From Daphnia carinata (lineage: Eukaryota), in the NCBI RefSeq assembly GCF_022539665.2, contig NC_081331.1, positions 5,704,001-5,768,000 on the forward strand: a stretch of DNA of 64,000 nt. Direction: 5' to 3'. How positions within the stretch are numbered: the first letter of the stretch is position 1; each line of letters starts with the position of its first letter. The position numbers and the translations under genes were made by a program. The notes under the pieces were generated by a model. That model was not told the origin of the DNA. It searched no databases and saw only the letters and a list, made by a program, of their open reading frames with translations. Positions 42,101-60,500 of the stretch are shown here, one piece after another.

Positions 42101-44688
42101 ATTTCGTTCGGGTTACTGGGGATTTTTGAAAAAAAAAAAAAATTAATGGCCGCTCCTTGATTTCGTTCTCTCCCGTCTTTTTGTCTCTCTGTATATTTGC
42201 AAAAATTGGAATCAAGCCAAAAAGCGTCAGCTGTTGGCGTTGGTAATATTCAAATGAGTGGAAATTCCAGCATGAAATTCAAATTGCAACAAGCAGCAAA
42301 CGCATTGTGACATACACAAGCAAGCAGTGGAGGGGCGAGATATTTAAAACACCACCATGGCCCTTTCTGCTTCATTCAAAAACAACAAACGTGGGATGTG
42401 CGTTCCGACAGCAAACATTTCCCATCCGCTCATTTTTGAAAAACGTCCCTAGAAAATGTAATCGTTCATCTGCTGTTCATTTAAGTCGTGAGAGCTGTTA
42501 TATAGGTCGTTTAAATTCATACATAAAACTGCCGCTTAAAATTGTCCCTTTTTTTTTTTTGCTTTTTCTTTCTTGAACGTGGGCCAAAGCGGAGCCCTTT
42601 CGAGGTCATGGGAGGAATTTGTTATTCGTTTATCGTGAAGACGAAATAAGAAGGAAATTGTTCGTCTATCGGTTGACATTGGGACTGATTGGATGCAAAA
42701 TAGACAGCTATACAACACACGTCGATAGAAAAAAAAATATATATAATAATAATAAAACAAGGAGGAACACGACGCCGATATGGTAAACAGAATGCCGAAC
42801 GCAGCAGCGTGCCGAACGGCAGATGGAAATCTTAAGACGCGGGAAAAAAAAAAATAATAATACAGAGAGATAAGAACGCAGAAAAAAAAAAAAAGAAGTT
42901 CCTGTTATATTTCTAAAGGTTCGAACTGTCGGGATGTGCAGCTGCATGTGCCCGTCCGCTTATTTTTCGTCTTCCAAGAGGAAAAAAAAAAAAAAAAAAG
43001 AGTCAAGAGAAAAGAAGAAGATTAGCATTGGGAAATATACATAAGGAATCGCGCCCGCGTGCGCTAGAGAACGATCAAACAAGACGGCCCTGCGGCCGAT
43101 TCATCACATCGGCCCACTGGACTGACATTTCGGGATGGGTCTATCATTTCGAGTGATGGTATAAAAACGGCCGAGCGTCGGCGGCGGCTTAAGTTCCCAA
43201 CAAACTCTAAATGGCTGAATGGGATATATATAAAAAAAAAAACAACATCACATTTAAGGGCCTCCGTATTTTTATTTTTATTTTCATTTTCTTCTTCACG
43301 GACCGACGCCTGCCATCAAAATGTGGGCTGGGTTCCGAACAAAATAAAAAGGGGAAAAAAAAAGGCGATGCCACGTACAAAATCAAACATTTTTTTTTTA
43401 AATGTTATTTTACTTGGCTTTTGATCGTTACACCGATTGCAATTTTGAATGGTGTGTGATCGTGTGGCGAAAATTCGTGGGAAAAACCGGAATACACAAC
43501 AAGGAGGGATGAGATAAGCAACAACCGAGCCCCAAAAGTATTTATTGAGTTCGTACATAAATAAATGCCAAACCGGGAGTGGGACTGCACACGCGGACAA
43601 TGTCCGCTAGCGTGTCAGCTTGACCAGCCATGCGGAAGAACCCGTCGCTCTAACCTTCCCCCCTTCCCCTCAAAGAGAAGGGGGGGAGAAAAGACAGAGG
43701 GGAGGAAAAAATAAAGTTTTAATACAATTTTGTGTGTGTGTGTTGCTTAAACAGCTGCAAAAGGTTTAAAACTTAGTAAGCAAAGCCTATCGATGATGGC
43801 CATGTAGTATCATCAACACTATCAAAAACCATGTAGATACGACTTTCACCGTATCGTAGATACATAGCCAAAAAAAAAAAAATCCCGCCTGGATAGGTTT
43901 TATGTGCCTGTCACTTGTGGGTTTGCAGTAGAAGAGGCTTTTGTTGTGCTACTGATAGCAAAAAGAGAGAGAGGGGGGGGGGGAGGGAGATAAAAGAAAT
44001 ACATCGACCTTTTTCACCGTTCCTTTTAAAAAAGAATTTTCATTGCAGGTACACGTATAATGGTAGTAAAAATGAATTTAAAAAATTGTGCACTTCCGCT
44101 TTTAATGAAGGCCCAGCTAGCACGTCAATGTAGACCAACTGCGAGACCCCTCCTGACTTTTTTTTTTTTTTCAGCGGCCATGCGTGTACGGAGCGCACTA
44201 ATGAAAAGCGGCTGGTCGACATGTGCGGAATGAATGGCAAATAAGAGGTCCAACTTCTGTTTTTATATCATTTTTCCTGGTTCTATCGTTTTTACCCCTT
44301 TCGAAAAATTTCAGGTAGACACGCGTGCCCTGCCCCAAACACCTGGACGTTCTTCATCCGCCCGATGTACATAATAAAAACGAGAATTTTCAACCCCCTT
44401 TTTTTTTTATTGTATTCACACAGAATTTATTTCATTCGATCATTTTCTGCATTTCACAATTACCGCCACGTGCTTTTTTTCTCATTTCCTTTACTTTCAG
44501 CTCGGAATGTGCGACAACTAACATCGTCACACCAAAGCGATAAAGAAAGCCTTATCTTAGATAATGACTAACCATCCGTGCTATTGTTCTCCCACAATCA
44601 GCTGGCAGCTCACTGTTTCTCGTGGAAGTGGAACGAGGATTTCAATTAAAGTCGTGCAAGCCAAAAGACAAGAATAATCGTATTCTAG

Positions 44689-44708
44689 ACACACACACAC
44701 ACACACAC
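44689..44708 (+). repeat. (AC)10 microsatellite
   Basis: Direct reading. Confidence 0.85.
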
Positions 44709-45973
44709 CAATTGTATTCGATTTTATGCATGCGTTATATGAGTCTGTTAGAGACTGACATCGTAACAGGTTTTCTTTTATAAATGGGAACGATTAAAGG
44801 CAGACCATCGGTTCCCTTCTTGATGCTTTTTTGTTTTCTTATTGGTCTTTTACGTTGTTCGTTTTATACTTGCCAAGGTTGTTGTCACTCTTACATATGG
44901 AGATGATGGAGCTGGATCGAGGAAGCGTATCTCCGTGGCTGCTGGGCAAAGCTGGGGTGAGCCCAGCACCTGCTGCCTCTCTCAGCCGCGTACATACACA
45001 CACACACCAGGCCATTTTTAAAAAGGAAACTTCACGCACGAGTTTCACCCGAAAAAAAAAAAATGAAATGGGGAAACAGAAAAATATATAGGAGGAGCAC
45101 GGGCTCAAGCGAGCAAACTCTATAAACACCATGCAGCTGCCTGGGTGTTTATTGTACGTTACCACCACATCCCTTATATTCATTTCCGCATCATTATGTG
45201 TACACACACACACACACAGAGGGACGGCGGTATTTTAACCGCTCACAAGTGTTCCCAAAAAGCAGCCGGATGAGCGAGACGTATGTCAAGAAACAACAAC
45301 AAAAGACATCTTGCAGGACATTGCGGCTTCGTGAGTTGTTACATCAGCTTTATCGGCTAAGCCACACAGCTTTCCTGATGGGTGTTTTTTGTTTTATTGT
45401 TTTCATTTCTCGGATCCAGCCGATTAAACTGTGATGAAACGGTTTCTCAATGGTGCATTACTACAGAAGCCACATCTGTACTACTGTGTTGATATATATT
45501 TTTTTGTTTTTTTTTCGGGCTTATGAGCAAATTTGATTCAGCCACCAGCAGTGGTCCCAATTTCAAATTAGGTAAAGAACGGTTTCTGATGAAAAGGGGA
45601 AGTGGTTGTAATGTCATAATAGACAGTTTATTGGCAAAAAGGTTTTAAAAACCTTAAGGTTAACTTCTTGCTTTCTTCTGGATAACAACTTAATGGGATG
45701 TATATTTAAAAGTAATTTTCTTATTGGTCTGATACTCATTTGAGCTCTCAATGAACTTTAACAGTGTGTCATCGTATTTAAAAATCTACAGTGAGGTAGA
45801 ATGGTAACTTAATATTAAATAGCATTTGTATAATCTCTCGCTTAATTTTATTACTTCTATGTTAGCTTTCGTTTTTTAAATTAGAATAACCATATATTAT
45901 AAATAGTCGTGTGACGAGTACTGTTTCTGTTAAATGCTTTTCAGTTTGCAATTCTGAGCCTTTTTTCATTTAA

Positions 45974-45986
45974 CGCCATCTATTGG
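45974..45986 (-). promoter_or_regulatory. CTCF-like motif upstream of PAP
   Basis: Minus strand CCAATAGATGGCG resembles the CTCF core CCnnnAGRTGGCG. Confidence 0.45.
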
Positions 45987-46399
45987 TAGTTTAAGAAAAC
46001 CATTACTAGAATCCAAGCATCTTTTAAATGTGCGGCAACGCCGATTGTCTCGTCGTACGCCATACTTTGTGGTGTGAACGTAATTTTTTGTTTCTTGGAC
46101 AGATTTTATAATTGCACGTTGTGTCCGCGTGGTTTAGTTATAGTTCGGTAAAACCCTATGAAAAATGCTGTGAGGTAAATAAAAGTGTATCCTTTTCATT
46201 CGTTCGTGTCTATTTTATGAAGCACCCAATGGTTTTAAAAGAAACGTAAAAAGTATTTGTTGGATTGATTTGAAACCCAATTTTCTTGTGATACTTTCTG
46301 TCACCAGGCTCTAATCAGTGGCGCTACTCGATAATGCTGGAGAAAAATTTGTTGATATAGCTTCGGTTTACTGCCTCAGTTCCTAGTGTTTCAAATTCC

Positions 46400-49952
<3,553 letters not shown>

Positions 49953-51012
49953 GTTTGATTTAAAAAAAAAAAAAAAAAAAAAAGGCCAATCTCTCTGCAA
50001 AGCATTGAAAAAAATATTTAAAAAAAAAAACTAAAAAAGAAAGAAAGAAAAAAAAAAACTTTGAATCATGAAAGACAAATCTTTCTTTTATGCACACGGC
50101 AACAACAACAAAAACATTGCGAGAGATTGCAAACAAAATTAAAACGGTTCGGTATTAGAAAACCGGGATGCCATATATTGAAGAAAAACGTGTGCTGCAT
50201 AAAATCATGGAAATTTCAGGCAACAAACGCATTCGCCTAGAAATTTTACAGCCGCGTGCGCGTTATCATCTGCGTAAAAAAAATGTACGTATGTAATAAC
50301 TTCTTATTGTTGTGTTGCTCTTTGGTAAAAAAAAAACAACAAAAAAACAACAAAAAAAACAACAACAAACTGTCATCTCATCATTCCAACGTCAACGAGA
50401 GAGAGGCAATTGAGAAAAAAAGGATTACAGTTTGTGTTGCATAAAAATTAATTTAACGAAACTTTCCTCCTAAAATTTGCGTTTTCTTTTTCGTCACCAG
50501 AAGAGGAAGTGTTTCCCTCCTTCCGCTTAAACCTTTTCTTAATTTTTTGGCCCCTCTGTTTATACGCATGAGAAAGTGCGTGTGTAAATGGTGCGTTCGC
50601 GACAAGCTCTGATTATGTTTTCGTTTAATTCGAAAAAAAGCAATGGGTGGCCTTTAATGTTCCACTTATTGTTTTCCTTTGGCTCTCTCTTGAAAAAAAA
50701 ATGATGCTTCATCTGTCATCTTTTTTTTCTTTCGTTTCCATCGCGAACATCGAGATAGCATCATGATTTTTCTCTTTCCAATCCCTTTTATAAAGCGAAT
50801 GTTTACTACTCCTAACTTAAAAACAAAAATCTAAAAAAAAGTTCACCAACAGAAATTAGTTTCTAATTTTTTTTTCTCGTTTTTTTTCTAGTGTGTATCA
50901 TTTCTTTGTCATTTGTACTTTGACTGGCGTTCAAACGGATAAAAATAAACGGGATCATTTTGGTTTCCTTCCCAAACCCCCCCCCATAATATCGGTTTTG
51001 TTTTGTTTGTTA

Positions 51013-51177
51013 TCGCTAGATGGCCGAAATCTATCGTTTCCCATAATTGTGATATTCGAAGATCCTAGATGGCAGCACTCAAAGTCGACAAATCCACCGA
51101 CAGATGGCAGTGGCGGTTCAACGACAAATTTCCCGTGATAGGGTGAGAACACATTTTCTCTCATAGATGGCAGCACG
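51013..51177 (+). promoter_or_regulatory. Cluster of four co-oriented AGATGGC (CTCF-like) motifs, candidate insulator
   Basis: AGATGGC starts at 51018, 51067, 51102 and 51165; two copies are the identical TAGATGGCAGCAC. Lies between the PAP 3' end and expanded. Confidence 0.5.
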
Positions 51178-51974
51178 TAATAATTTAGTAAATTTTTTAT
51201 TTCTCAAGACATTTTTATTTTCCCTTGTGGAAAAGGAGGTGGGTACGGAAAGGTTGGATGTCCAATTGGGAATTTCTAACTCGGCTGTGTGACAAGATTG
51301 ATGGCCGTGTCCATCCGATAAGATTCCGTGACCATGACCGAAAATCTGAGAAGAAAAGGCATTCTTCGTCATTGAAAGAGTCGTTTTTTTTTGTAGGAAA
51401 AAAAAAGACTCGCCCAACGAGGAGAGAGACCACTTGCAACTAACAGACGACGACATTGAGAATCGTAGAAGCAAGCATCGGTTTAAGATTTCCTCGAATG
51501 GTTACATCAGTTCATATCGTCCATTGTTTTTCCCGTTTTTTTTTTCCAAAGGGGAAAAAGAAAAATACTGGGTAACGTATATATATTTTTTTAACGACAG
51601 AGAAAAAGAAGTTTTTCCTTGCAAAGAAAGAAAAAAAGAAAATTAATGGTTGCACGAGAGAAAAAGAAACTGTTCTCTCTTCCAACTTCCTTAGCCATTC
51701 GTTCCAGTTCATCTAGCGGCGGCTCATTTTCACGCTCCTTCCTCGTTTCCTCCTAGCAAAAAAATAGGCATTCTCCAACAAATGGAGGGTATACACACAC
51801 AGTAGAATATTAAGGTCAGCGCAAAGGGTCAACAATTACATCAATGGGCTGGAAATTGGAGTCTCTGCCGCGCGCACAACATCCGAATCCTTTTTTTTTT
51901 TTCTAAACACCCCTCAAAAAAAAAACCATTTACACATTTTGTGAGTTCCAGGTACCCCATGGTCTCGGCATTGA

Positions 51975-54545
51975 GGAATGTTAATTATTTCCCGTGTTGA
52001 ATTACCGAGTGAATACCGATCGGATGACACACAATGTCGAAAACGGGTCCCCTTTTTATTTGCTTTTGTCGCGGTATTTCAACCACGAAGAATGTCTGTG
52101 ACGTCACACTATTTTTACGAGGGGCAGCCAATCGGTAACAACAAAAAAGTGATTGGATTTCTAACAACCTTTGATTATTTATTTATCGAATTTTAAGAGG
52201 GAAGGAAATTTTCTTTCTTTTTTTTTTTTTTGTTATTTCTTTTAATTTTTTATTTTATTTGGCACCGGTAGCGGTCTAGCGCGCGCGCTTCACACCGGGA
52301 CGTCACCTGTTGCCCATCGTATCACGGCACAAAGACAATAGAAGAAATCTTTCAGGTGTGGGGAAACACAGGGGGAAAAAAAACACAAAATAGATTACCG
52401 TTTTCTCCTAGTTTCAGTGCCTTCAAAAAGTTGATTACATTCGACTGAGCTACGACCGTTGATTACACGGTTCGGGCCCGACAATTTTAATAAAAAAAAA
52501 AAACGAAGAAGAAAGAAAACAAGAAAAAAGTTTTAATCGATGCCCAGGCGCTTCAAAGTCGACTTTTTATGTGTCTGCATCATGTATGTGTGATTATCAA
52601 AGCGAAATAATGACTTCAATTATAAATGTATACGTACACGTATAAGAAGATAGAGGTTTTTCTTTCTAATCTTATCCGGAGAGATGATAAAGGTTCAAAA
52701 GCCCCCGGAGCAGTGTTCTTCACCAGCTTCTCGGTAGTGAAAAGAAGTTTTTTCTATCAAGAAAGTGAGCGAGGACGAAAAGGAGGAATGTACCATCAGA
52801 CACACTGTACGCAGGTTGGTCATGCCCTACAGGGTCCACAGCTTAACAGTTCTGAAAGCGGCAAGGGCGTTCTTTTTCAGACATATTTCATCTTCTCTCT
52901 TTTTTTTTTTTTTTTTCCTTCTACGTGCCTTTTTTTCTTTCTTTTTCTTTGTATTACACATCTGCCCGGGAGAAACAATCGGCAACGATGTGTGTGTGAT
53001 GAAAAATTCCAATGAGCACAGCTTCTTTTATATTTTCCCGAAAAATGTTTAAAAATATAAATGAAAGGCGCGCCAAGGTCGCGACTCACATTCTTTCCCC
53101 GATACCAAAGTCGAATTCCGCACGCTTTTTTTTTATTACATTCAATAGAGGATAGAGTGAGTGTAGAATAATAAGAATATCGTGAACGTGACCCCTGCAG
53201 CACACGCTTGTCGTCTTTGATATAAAAAGATAACGATGGAATGTCGAGTCTGGACTAACTCTTATCTCGCCATACAATCGTAATCTTTTTCGTAATACGT
53301 GACAAAGAAAGCTTAGCACAACCCACGTTCTAAAACGCATCATTTTTAATTGCACTTTGTCTTCCGACATTTTTCGAATGCTTAATGAACGAGGGATCAA
53401 ACGAAAAAAATGTGTTTCCAATCGAGGACAACGATGATCTTGTCTCGGCTTGACAAATAACGTCCTAGTACTCATCAACTGATTTTCTTTTTCTAAAAAG
53501 AATTTATTGTCTCGTAAAATTTATGGTAGACAGAAAAACCACAGGACAAAAAGAAAAAGATCTCGGTGAATTCATTAAGACGCATTGAAAAACCATTAGG
53601 GCGATTTGTCAACGTGTTTTTTTTCCCTTTCCTTAAACTTGACGGTGACGTCATGAAATGCCATGAATTCGACCTCGTCTGCGACTAGAAAAACATGGCG
53701 ATAAGAAGCAAATTTTTTATTATTAGTTTTTTTTATTTCTTTTTGGGAAAAATGATAATACACCAAGTTACGGTGACTACTACTAACAAAACCAAGTTGT
53801 GTCCTGTTTTTATTTTCTCTCTGCACATTCTATACATATCCCCCAGTTAAAAAAGCAGTGGGTTGGGAGGTTTAGTGTAGTGGGGGGGTTCGGTTGGTAT
53901 TTCTTCATTTTCTTTCTTTTATTCGAGTTTCTCTTTTCTTTTATCCTTCGTCCGCCATCTTTGCACCTCCCCCACCTTTCGTCTCCTGTTCTTGGCCTTC
54001 TTCTCCTCAACAACATTCCACCATTTCTTACCTTTCCTCCAATCGCCAGGTGTGCTGCCGGCAGTTCACCAAGATAATCATGCCTGACTAGCCCCAGCTA
54101 AAAAGAAATAAGAATACGATCAAATACATTTTTTCTTCTTCTGCATCACAGACACAAGTTATTCTTGTGTGGTAACTATTCCCCCGTCCTTTCAAACCAA
54201 TTCCAGAACACCATTCGTTCTTATTTTTTTTTTTTTTTTTTTTTTTTTGAGAAAAATACCAAAAAAACGACTTCCAGTATGGCGGCAAGTGTCAACCAAA
54301 ATGGTCTTTGGTGTCAAAACCACCGATTTGAATTATTTTCCTTTCTTTCCCTTCTCCAAATACAAGATTTCGATAATCATTGCGTATATAGCCCACAGCG
54401 AACTTGAAAATGAAAAGAATACAAAGGTGTGTGTGAAGGAAAAAAACGTTGACCATGCGGGTCAGAAAAATGATGGCGGCTCTGGGCTGCCGTGCAGAGA
54501 AAGAATATAGCCAGAGGGCGTGCACATTCCACAAGAATTGGAAGA

Positions 54546-54576
<31 letters not shown>

Positions 54577-57500
54577 AAAACGAACCTTCAGGGCACAGGT
54601 TTAGATTATACGCACACACACACGTCCCACCACACCACCTTCGGAATGTAGCGCGGTAAGCGAGCCAGGCCTTCTATTCCGTAGGTAGGTGCTGCCCATG
54701 GTGGACTGGTGGTAGTGCCCCTATAGCCTTCGCAGTGTCTCTTCGACCGTTAGAGCCGAGCGTCGTGCCGTGTGTACGCGCGAGCACGACTCGTGTGTAG
54801 TGTGTGCGTCTGTGTTTGTGCTGCTGCTATACATGATTTTATCTTCGTCAAATACAGAGGAAAACAAAAAGACGTTGGCTACGTGTGTGCTGTGAGTCTG
54901 CCAATTCGTGTGAGACGTGCAAAGTTTACCCAACGGATTACATTGACTTTGTCTACTCTCGAAATTGCGATATCAAGGATTAAGAAAAAAAGAAGTATCG
55001 GCCCAACGACATTCCAAGACAGTATGAAATAGAATCGGGGCCAACTGCAGTCTTTGTGAAAAAAAAAAAAACCGTTACCAGGATATATATTTATATATCT
55101 ACACTGCGAAACAGACGAAATCTGTTTCTCAAACACACGAGTTTTAGGAAGACATTTTGTTTTTGTTTTTTCAGGCGGGAAATTAAAACGCTTGGGTTTG
55201 TTTCTCGTTTGTGTGAATTTCTCTAAAAGAAGAAGAAAAGTGTCAAGTGGTTATCTGTGTTTGTGTGTGTGTAGTGTTTTTAAGAAGTTACACCAATTGG
55301 AATTCCTTTCATTTGATTTTGCAACTGGATGGGACGTCCAAAGTGAACATGCGGATAGTACGAGGCGAGCCATGTAACGCTACCCATCACGATAGGTAAA
55401 ATAGAAAAACAACTTAAATTATAGATGATGCCATGACACGCAAATTTGTGTCTGTCTGTGTGTGCGAATTCAACATTCTAGAGCGCAACGAGTACAAACA
55501 CATTCTACGTGTGTGTGTGTGTGTCGGCATTTTTTTTTCTTGAGTTTTTTTTCGCTAAAAAAGAAACCATTTGGAAATAACCCCCGGAGGGCTGGTAGGA
55601 TGGGAGTAACCGAATGGAATGTGTTGAAAACCCCCCTCCAATGCTTCTTTCTTTTTTTTTTTTGCTGCTTTTTTTTTTCTTTTTACCCTTCGGTTGCCAC
55701 CTGCTGATTAGCCCTGCACCAGATGGCTCTGCCGGTTTTCTCGTATAGTTTAGCAAAAAGAAAAAAATGCTTTTCAACACATTTGTTTGTTTGTCGTGAA
55801 TCTTTAAAAAAAAAAAAACTAGAAGGGAGAGGTTTTCTGACGATAACAAAAAAGAAATAGAAGTCTGATGAAGTAGGCTATATAGTAGAGAGAAAGAGAA
55901 AGAAGATCTGAAGAGGAGGCTCTTTTTTTGGTGGCGGAATTGGCCGGAAGGCATGTGTGTGAGTTCCAAAAAGTCATTGAATTATGCATGCACAAGAATG
56001 CCAGCGGGGGGAAGACCGCGCGCGTCCTTCTCTTTTTTTGGTCTCTTTGGTCAGAAAGTCCTTTTTTTTTCTTCCTCTTGCACAGTCTTTTTTTTTTTTC
56101 GAAAAGATGTTGTGTGAATCGACAATTACGATCCAGAATAAAACACACATTCCTACCATACTTTTCAAATAATCATACGTGTATTGTCAAACCGGACTTC
56201 CGGTTGAATCATCATCACGTTTTTAATGGTGGGAATAGCCAAGAGTTTCCGTTCAATTTTTTAAACCCCCCTCCTTTTTTGGGGTTTTTTTGAACCATTG
56301 AACCGGAGGATACGAGGACAATAATAGGACTGACATTCTTGACGAATGGATCTAATTAGAAGGAACAACCGACAAAGGCATCTTTTCCCCCCGTAAAACA
56401 ATTAGCTACGTATCTTAAGTATCAAACATAAGGAAAACGAAAGGAGAAAATGAGAAAACCCTTAGAAAAAATGTGATACGTCTTTGTGTAAAAAAAAAAA
56501 CACACAAAAATGTAGTGTCTCTTTTCTTGGACGGAAGTGGCGGTTTCGTAACCGAATACACATTGACGGCCAGGTCCTTAAGGTAAACAATAGAAAGAAC
56601 CCGTTGCTACCCTGCCATTTATTTTTTTTTTTTCCTTGATATGAAAGGCCACACCAAAAAAAAAAGAATGTTCCATCATAAGCGGCTGGCGCCTGCGTTC
56701 TGTACCGTTACGACTGGAATGCGGCCGCAACGTGTAATTGTGTCAAACCTTTCACACACACACACACACACAGACCAACACAACAAATGTTGTGGAGAGA
56801 GAGAGCTGCGTTCGTGACTACCTGATTATTCTTTAAGCTCGCTAATACCCGGGCCGCCTTTTAATACGGGGGTCTCTCGCCTGGTCCAATTAAAAGATTT
56901 TGATGAGAAAAAAAAAACAAAAAAAAAACAAATTCTTCCCCTCCAGATGCATGGAGAAACTCTATCATAGCAAAGAGATAACCATCTTTTGCATGCATAA
57001 AGTCTAGACGTTAATTTTTTGTTGTGTTTCTTTTTTTTATGGCGAAATTAGAGCCATTGGATCGTGTGGAATGTTGGTGACGTGTTGTTTGTATTTCATA
57101 TCAGTTTTGTTTCATTCTCGCATGTTTTTCTTTCTTTTTTTTTTTGAAATTACAGGGAGGGAGATAAGGGCGGGCGAGGCCCTTGAAGCCTTGTCGGTCG
57201 TCCCACCCGCGATGCGCCACCCACCGGTGCTCTTACGTCCCGCCGCCCAAACAGCCGCTCCAGCGCCGATTGCCACATCATCTGTCTCTGCTAGCCAAAC
57301 AACAGTTCCATCAACAACAGCTAATGGCAATAGCAGTAGCTTACAGCATTTGTATAGCAATACCGGCGCTAATCACCATCCATCGCTGCCATGTTCATCG
57401 ACTCTTCATTCCTCATATTCTTCCTCATCGGCCGGCGGCGGCGGTGGCGTTTCGGCCAATAGCAACAATAGCATTTCAGATAATCATAATGTTCACGTGG

Positions 57501-60500
57501 TGGGCCATCCGTCTGTCAACCCGACGACACCAACACCGGCCACAGGAGGGCCGGCATCCGCCTTCTCCGGATCGGCCCCTTCACTCATTGGACCTCTACT
57601 ACCGTCGGCCCGACGTTATGTCGCTGTCCGGCTCCTCACCGGCGAGACGCTCCAATTCGATGTCGAGGTAAACACAAAAAAAAAAATGTCAAGGACACGG
57701 AAGGTTTTTTTTTTTTTTTTTAACGTGCGGCTGTCGTGCATGAAAGGCCATCGACCTTCTCACGATATTGACAGATGCGGATCGTTCCGTGTTTTGTTTG
57801 GTTGAATGAACCCCCCTCCGCCGAAAGTGACGTGATGGACATCATCATGCCCTTTTACGGTCCGCGTTTGTGGAATGTTCATTCATCTTCTACCTTCGAT
57901 TTCGCTTCAACAAAATTCCATCATCTAATAGACAATTTTTTTTTTCATTCATTGCTCTGTGTGTGACAGGTGAAAAGCAAAGGAAAGGAGCTCTACGCCG
58001 CCGTCGCCCGGCACATGTCTTCCCTGGGCATGAAAAGCACCGACATCTTTGGCCTAGCTATTCAAATCGGTAAGATATTCTTTTCAATTTTTTCATCGTC
58101 CAACAAGGAAATATAATTTGCTTGCCCTTGGCAACACTGTATCTAACGAAGGTTATATACCGTGTGTCGTTTAGTGGGTGGTAGATGGGTGGGAAAATTG
58201 CTGTAAAATAATAGAACCACTTAAGAAAATTTTAAGATTTTTGAAAGGAGGAAAAAAAAAAAAAAACGACAGATAGTGAATGCAAAAAATAATAATAAAT
58301 TCCGATCCTTTTGCGGTCACTTAATGGACGTGACGCCATTTTTTTTTCCTTCTGCTTTCGTCATTTAACAATTTCTTCCTCTATTTTTTACCTCAAGATG
58401 CTTTCGAAATATCAATGATCGATGGTACGAATTGGGATGAAGTAAAAAAAAAAAAGATGGCGGATTTTTTGAATGGATTGTTGTTGTTGTTGTGCCAGCT
58501 CCTTCCGGCTGGTCATCATGACGGATCGGTGGGAGGAATAGGTGTGCTATTTAAGCTTGCAAATGATGCTCCATCGATTGGGGTGCTCCGGGGTCGTTCA
58601 TGAGTTTCTTCATATTTTTTTTTTCTTTTTCTTTTTATATCATCCTCTGGCCATCTTCTTTCTTCTTCTCCTCTTTCCGTGTTCCAGGTGGTGCTGCAGG
58701 GAGAATAAAAAAGAAGAAGAGAGAGAGAGGGGGGGGGGGTTCTTCATCATTCTCTTCTGTCTCCTTTAAATCGAGCGTAACACGGCAGCTCCCTTTTTCT
58801 TATCTGACCACCAACATGATGGATGTTAATAATGTCAACCGTACCCCTCCATCTTTTTTCTTTTCTTTTTTCCAACGCATTCCTTTGGAACAGAAGGTCG
58901 CCGAGAGAGAGAGAAAAAAAAAGACCTGGGTCAAATACCATCTGTGTGTTTTTCTTCTTCTTTTTTTTTTTCCTTGTCACATGCAATTATCAATAAAATT
59001 TTTTTTTCTTTCTTCTTTTTGCTTGCCAGACGGTGAATACCTGTTTGTGGATCCTGAAAACAAGCTGGGAAAGTACGCGCCCAAGGGCTGGAAATCGTCG
59101 CACGCTAGCGTAAGTTTTATTATTTCTTTTTTAAAAGAAAAACATATTGCTGAAGAAGCACGTAGTGTTGGAAATGGATGACGGAGTGATCCGTATACGG
59201 ACGCATTCATTTGGGAGGGACAAGATGCCCACCATCATTTTTTTTTCTTTTTTCCCGTTTGATGTTGTTTGTCTGGAAAAAAAAAAAAAAAAGAGAGAAG
59301 ATAATGATGGAACAAAGACGGACCAATGGCGTTGGTGTAAAACGAGTAGCGAGCGAACTTTAGAGAGAAAGCAACCGGTCCTCTTTTGTCTCATCATTTC
59401 GTTATCGTCTCCCCCCCCCCCCCTCTCTCTCTTTCATGAAAGAAGCCCAGGGTGGTACACAGAGAAGAAAAAGAGAGAGAGAGAGACTTTGATGCACCCG
59501 GTGTAGGAAGCCTCCTCCCCTCCCCCCTTGGGCAAACATATCAAAACCGCAGACATTTTCGATCGCCAAATGGAATGCAGATGCTGTTCATGAAGGGAAA
59601 AGTTAGAATCGTGATACGCCTCGAGCGATTCACGAAATAAAAAAAAGGGGAAGACAAACTTTTCCTCTGCCTCCAAATTTGGGCTGTGTGTGTGTAGCAT
59701 AACCGCGTAGGGATGGGGCAACACACGTAACAAACTCGTGCCAAAAGTGCCAAACCCTCATTTCCAAAGCTGGATGGGCGGGTATTTGCCTCTTTTGTTG
59801 CCCGTCTTTTTCGTGACTATTAGGGAAATGTGTGTGTGTGTGACTTTTTTTTTTTATGCCCCTCCCCATTTCGTTTCGTTTGAGACGAGCTTTTGTTGTT
59901 GTTGTTATTGGGTGAAGAAATCGAGAGAGAGAAAAGAAACGCGTAAACCACTGGGAAATAAACGGAATGCCGTCAGGTTGCATTCATCAGGTATGCTGAT
60001 TTTTGCTGCTTGAAGGGGGTTGATGATGAAATCACACCGGATGCATTCCACTTTGCCTACGCAACACACGACAAAGAGAAACGTGCTTTTGTTGTTTTGT
60101 TTTCGACATTCCAAAAATTTTTTTTTTTTTTTTTTTTTACACACTTTGTGTTTTTGTACGATAGAAATGTTCTTAATGAAGCTGAGCCTCTTTTCTTTTT
60201 AGACCTTTGGGCTAAGAAAGTTTCGTGTGAAAAAGAGAGGGGCGCATTTCATATTTTTTTTTTTCTGCTTCAATTTGGGTCGCTCGTTTGTTACACTCTC
60301 GATTTAAACATTTCACATCATCAACGTGAATTCATTTTTTTTTTCATCAGGGTTTGAACAATGCCGGCCATCCGCTTTTGGTGCTCTATTTCCGCGTCAA
60401 ATTCTACGTCGACAGCCACCTACTCATCAGGTTTGAATGAACTTTATTTTAATTCTTTAAAAAAAATTAATTCATTCATTAAAAAAAAAAAAATAAATTG

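Noticed and set aside
33000..45400. Many 60-170 aa ORFs on both strands
   Set aside because: Dominated by F/K runs from poly-T/A tracts; typical non-coding artefacts.
60344..60437. Near-identical TCATCAG(G)GTTTGAA at both ends of an expanded exon
   Set aside because: Partly explained by splice consensus; it flanks an exon rather than an intron, so it does not fit repeat-mediated intron gain.
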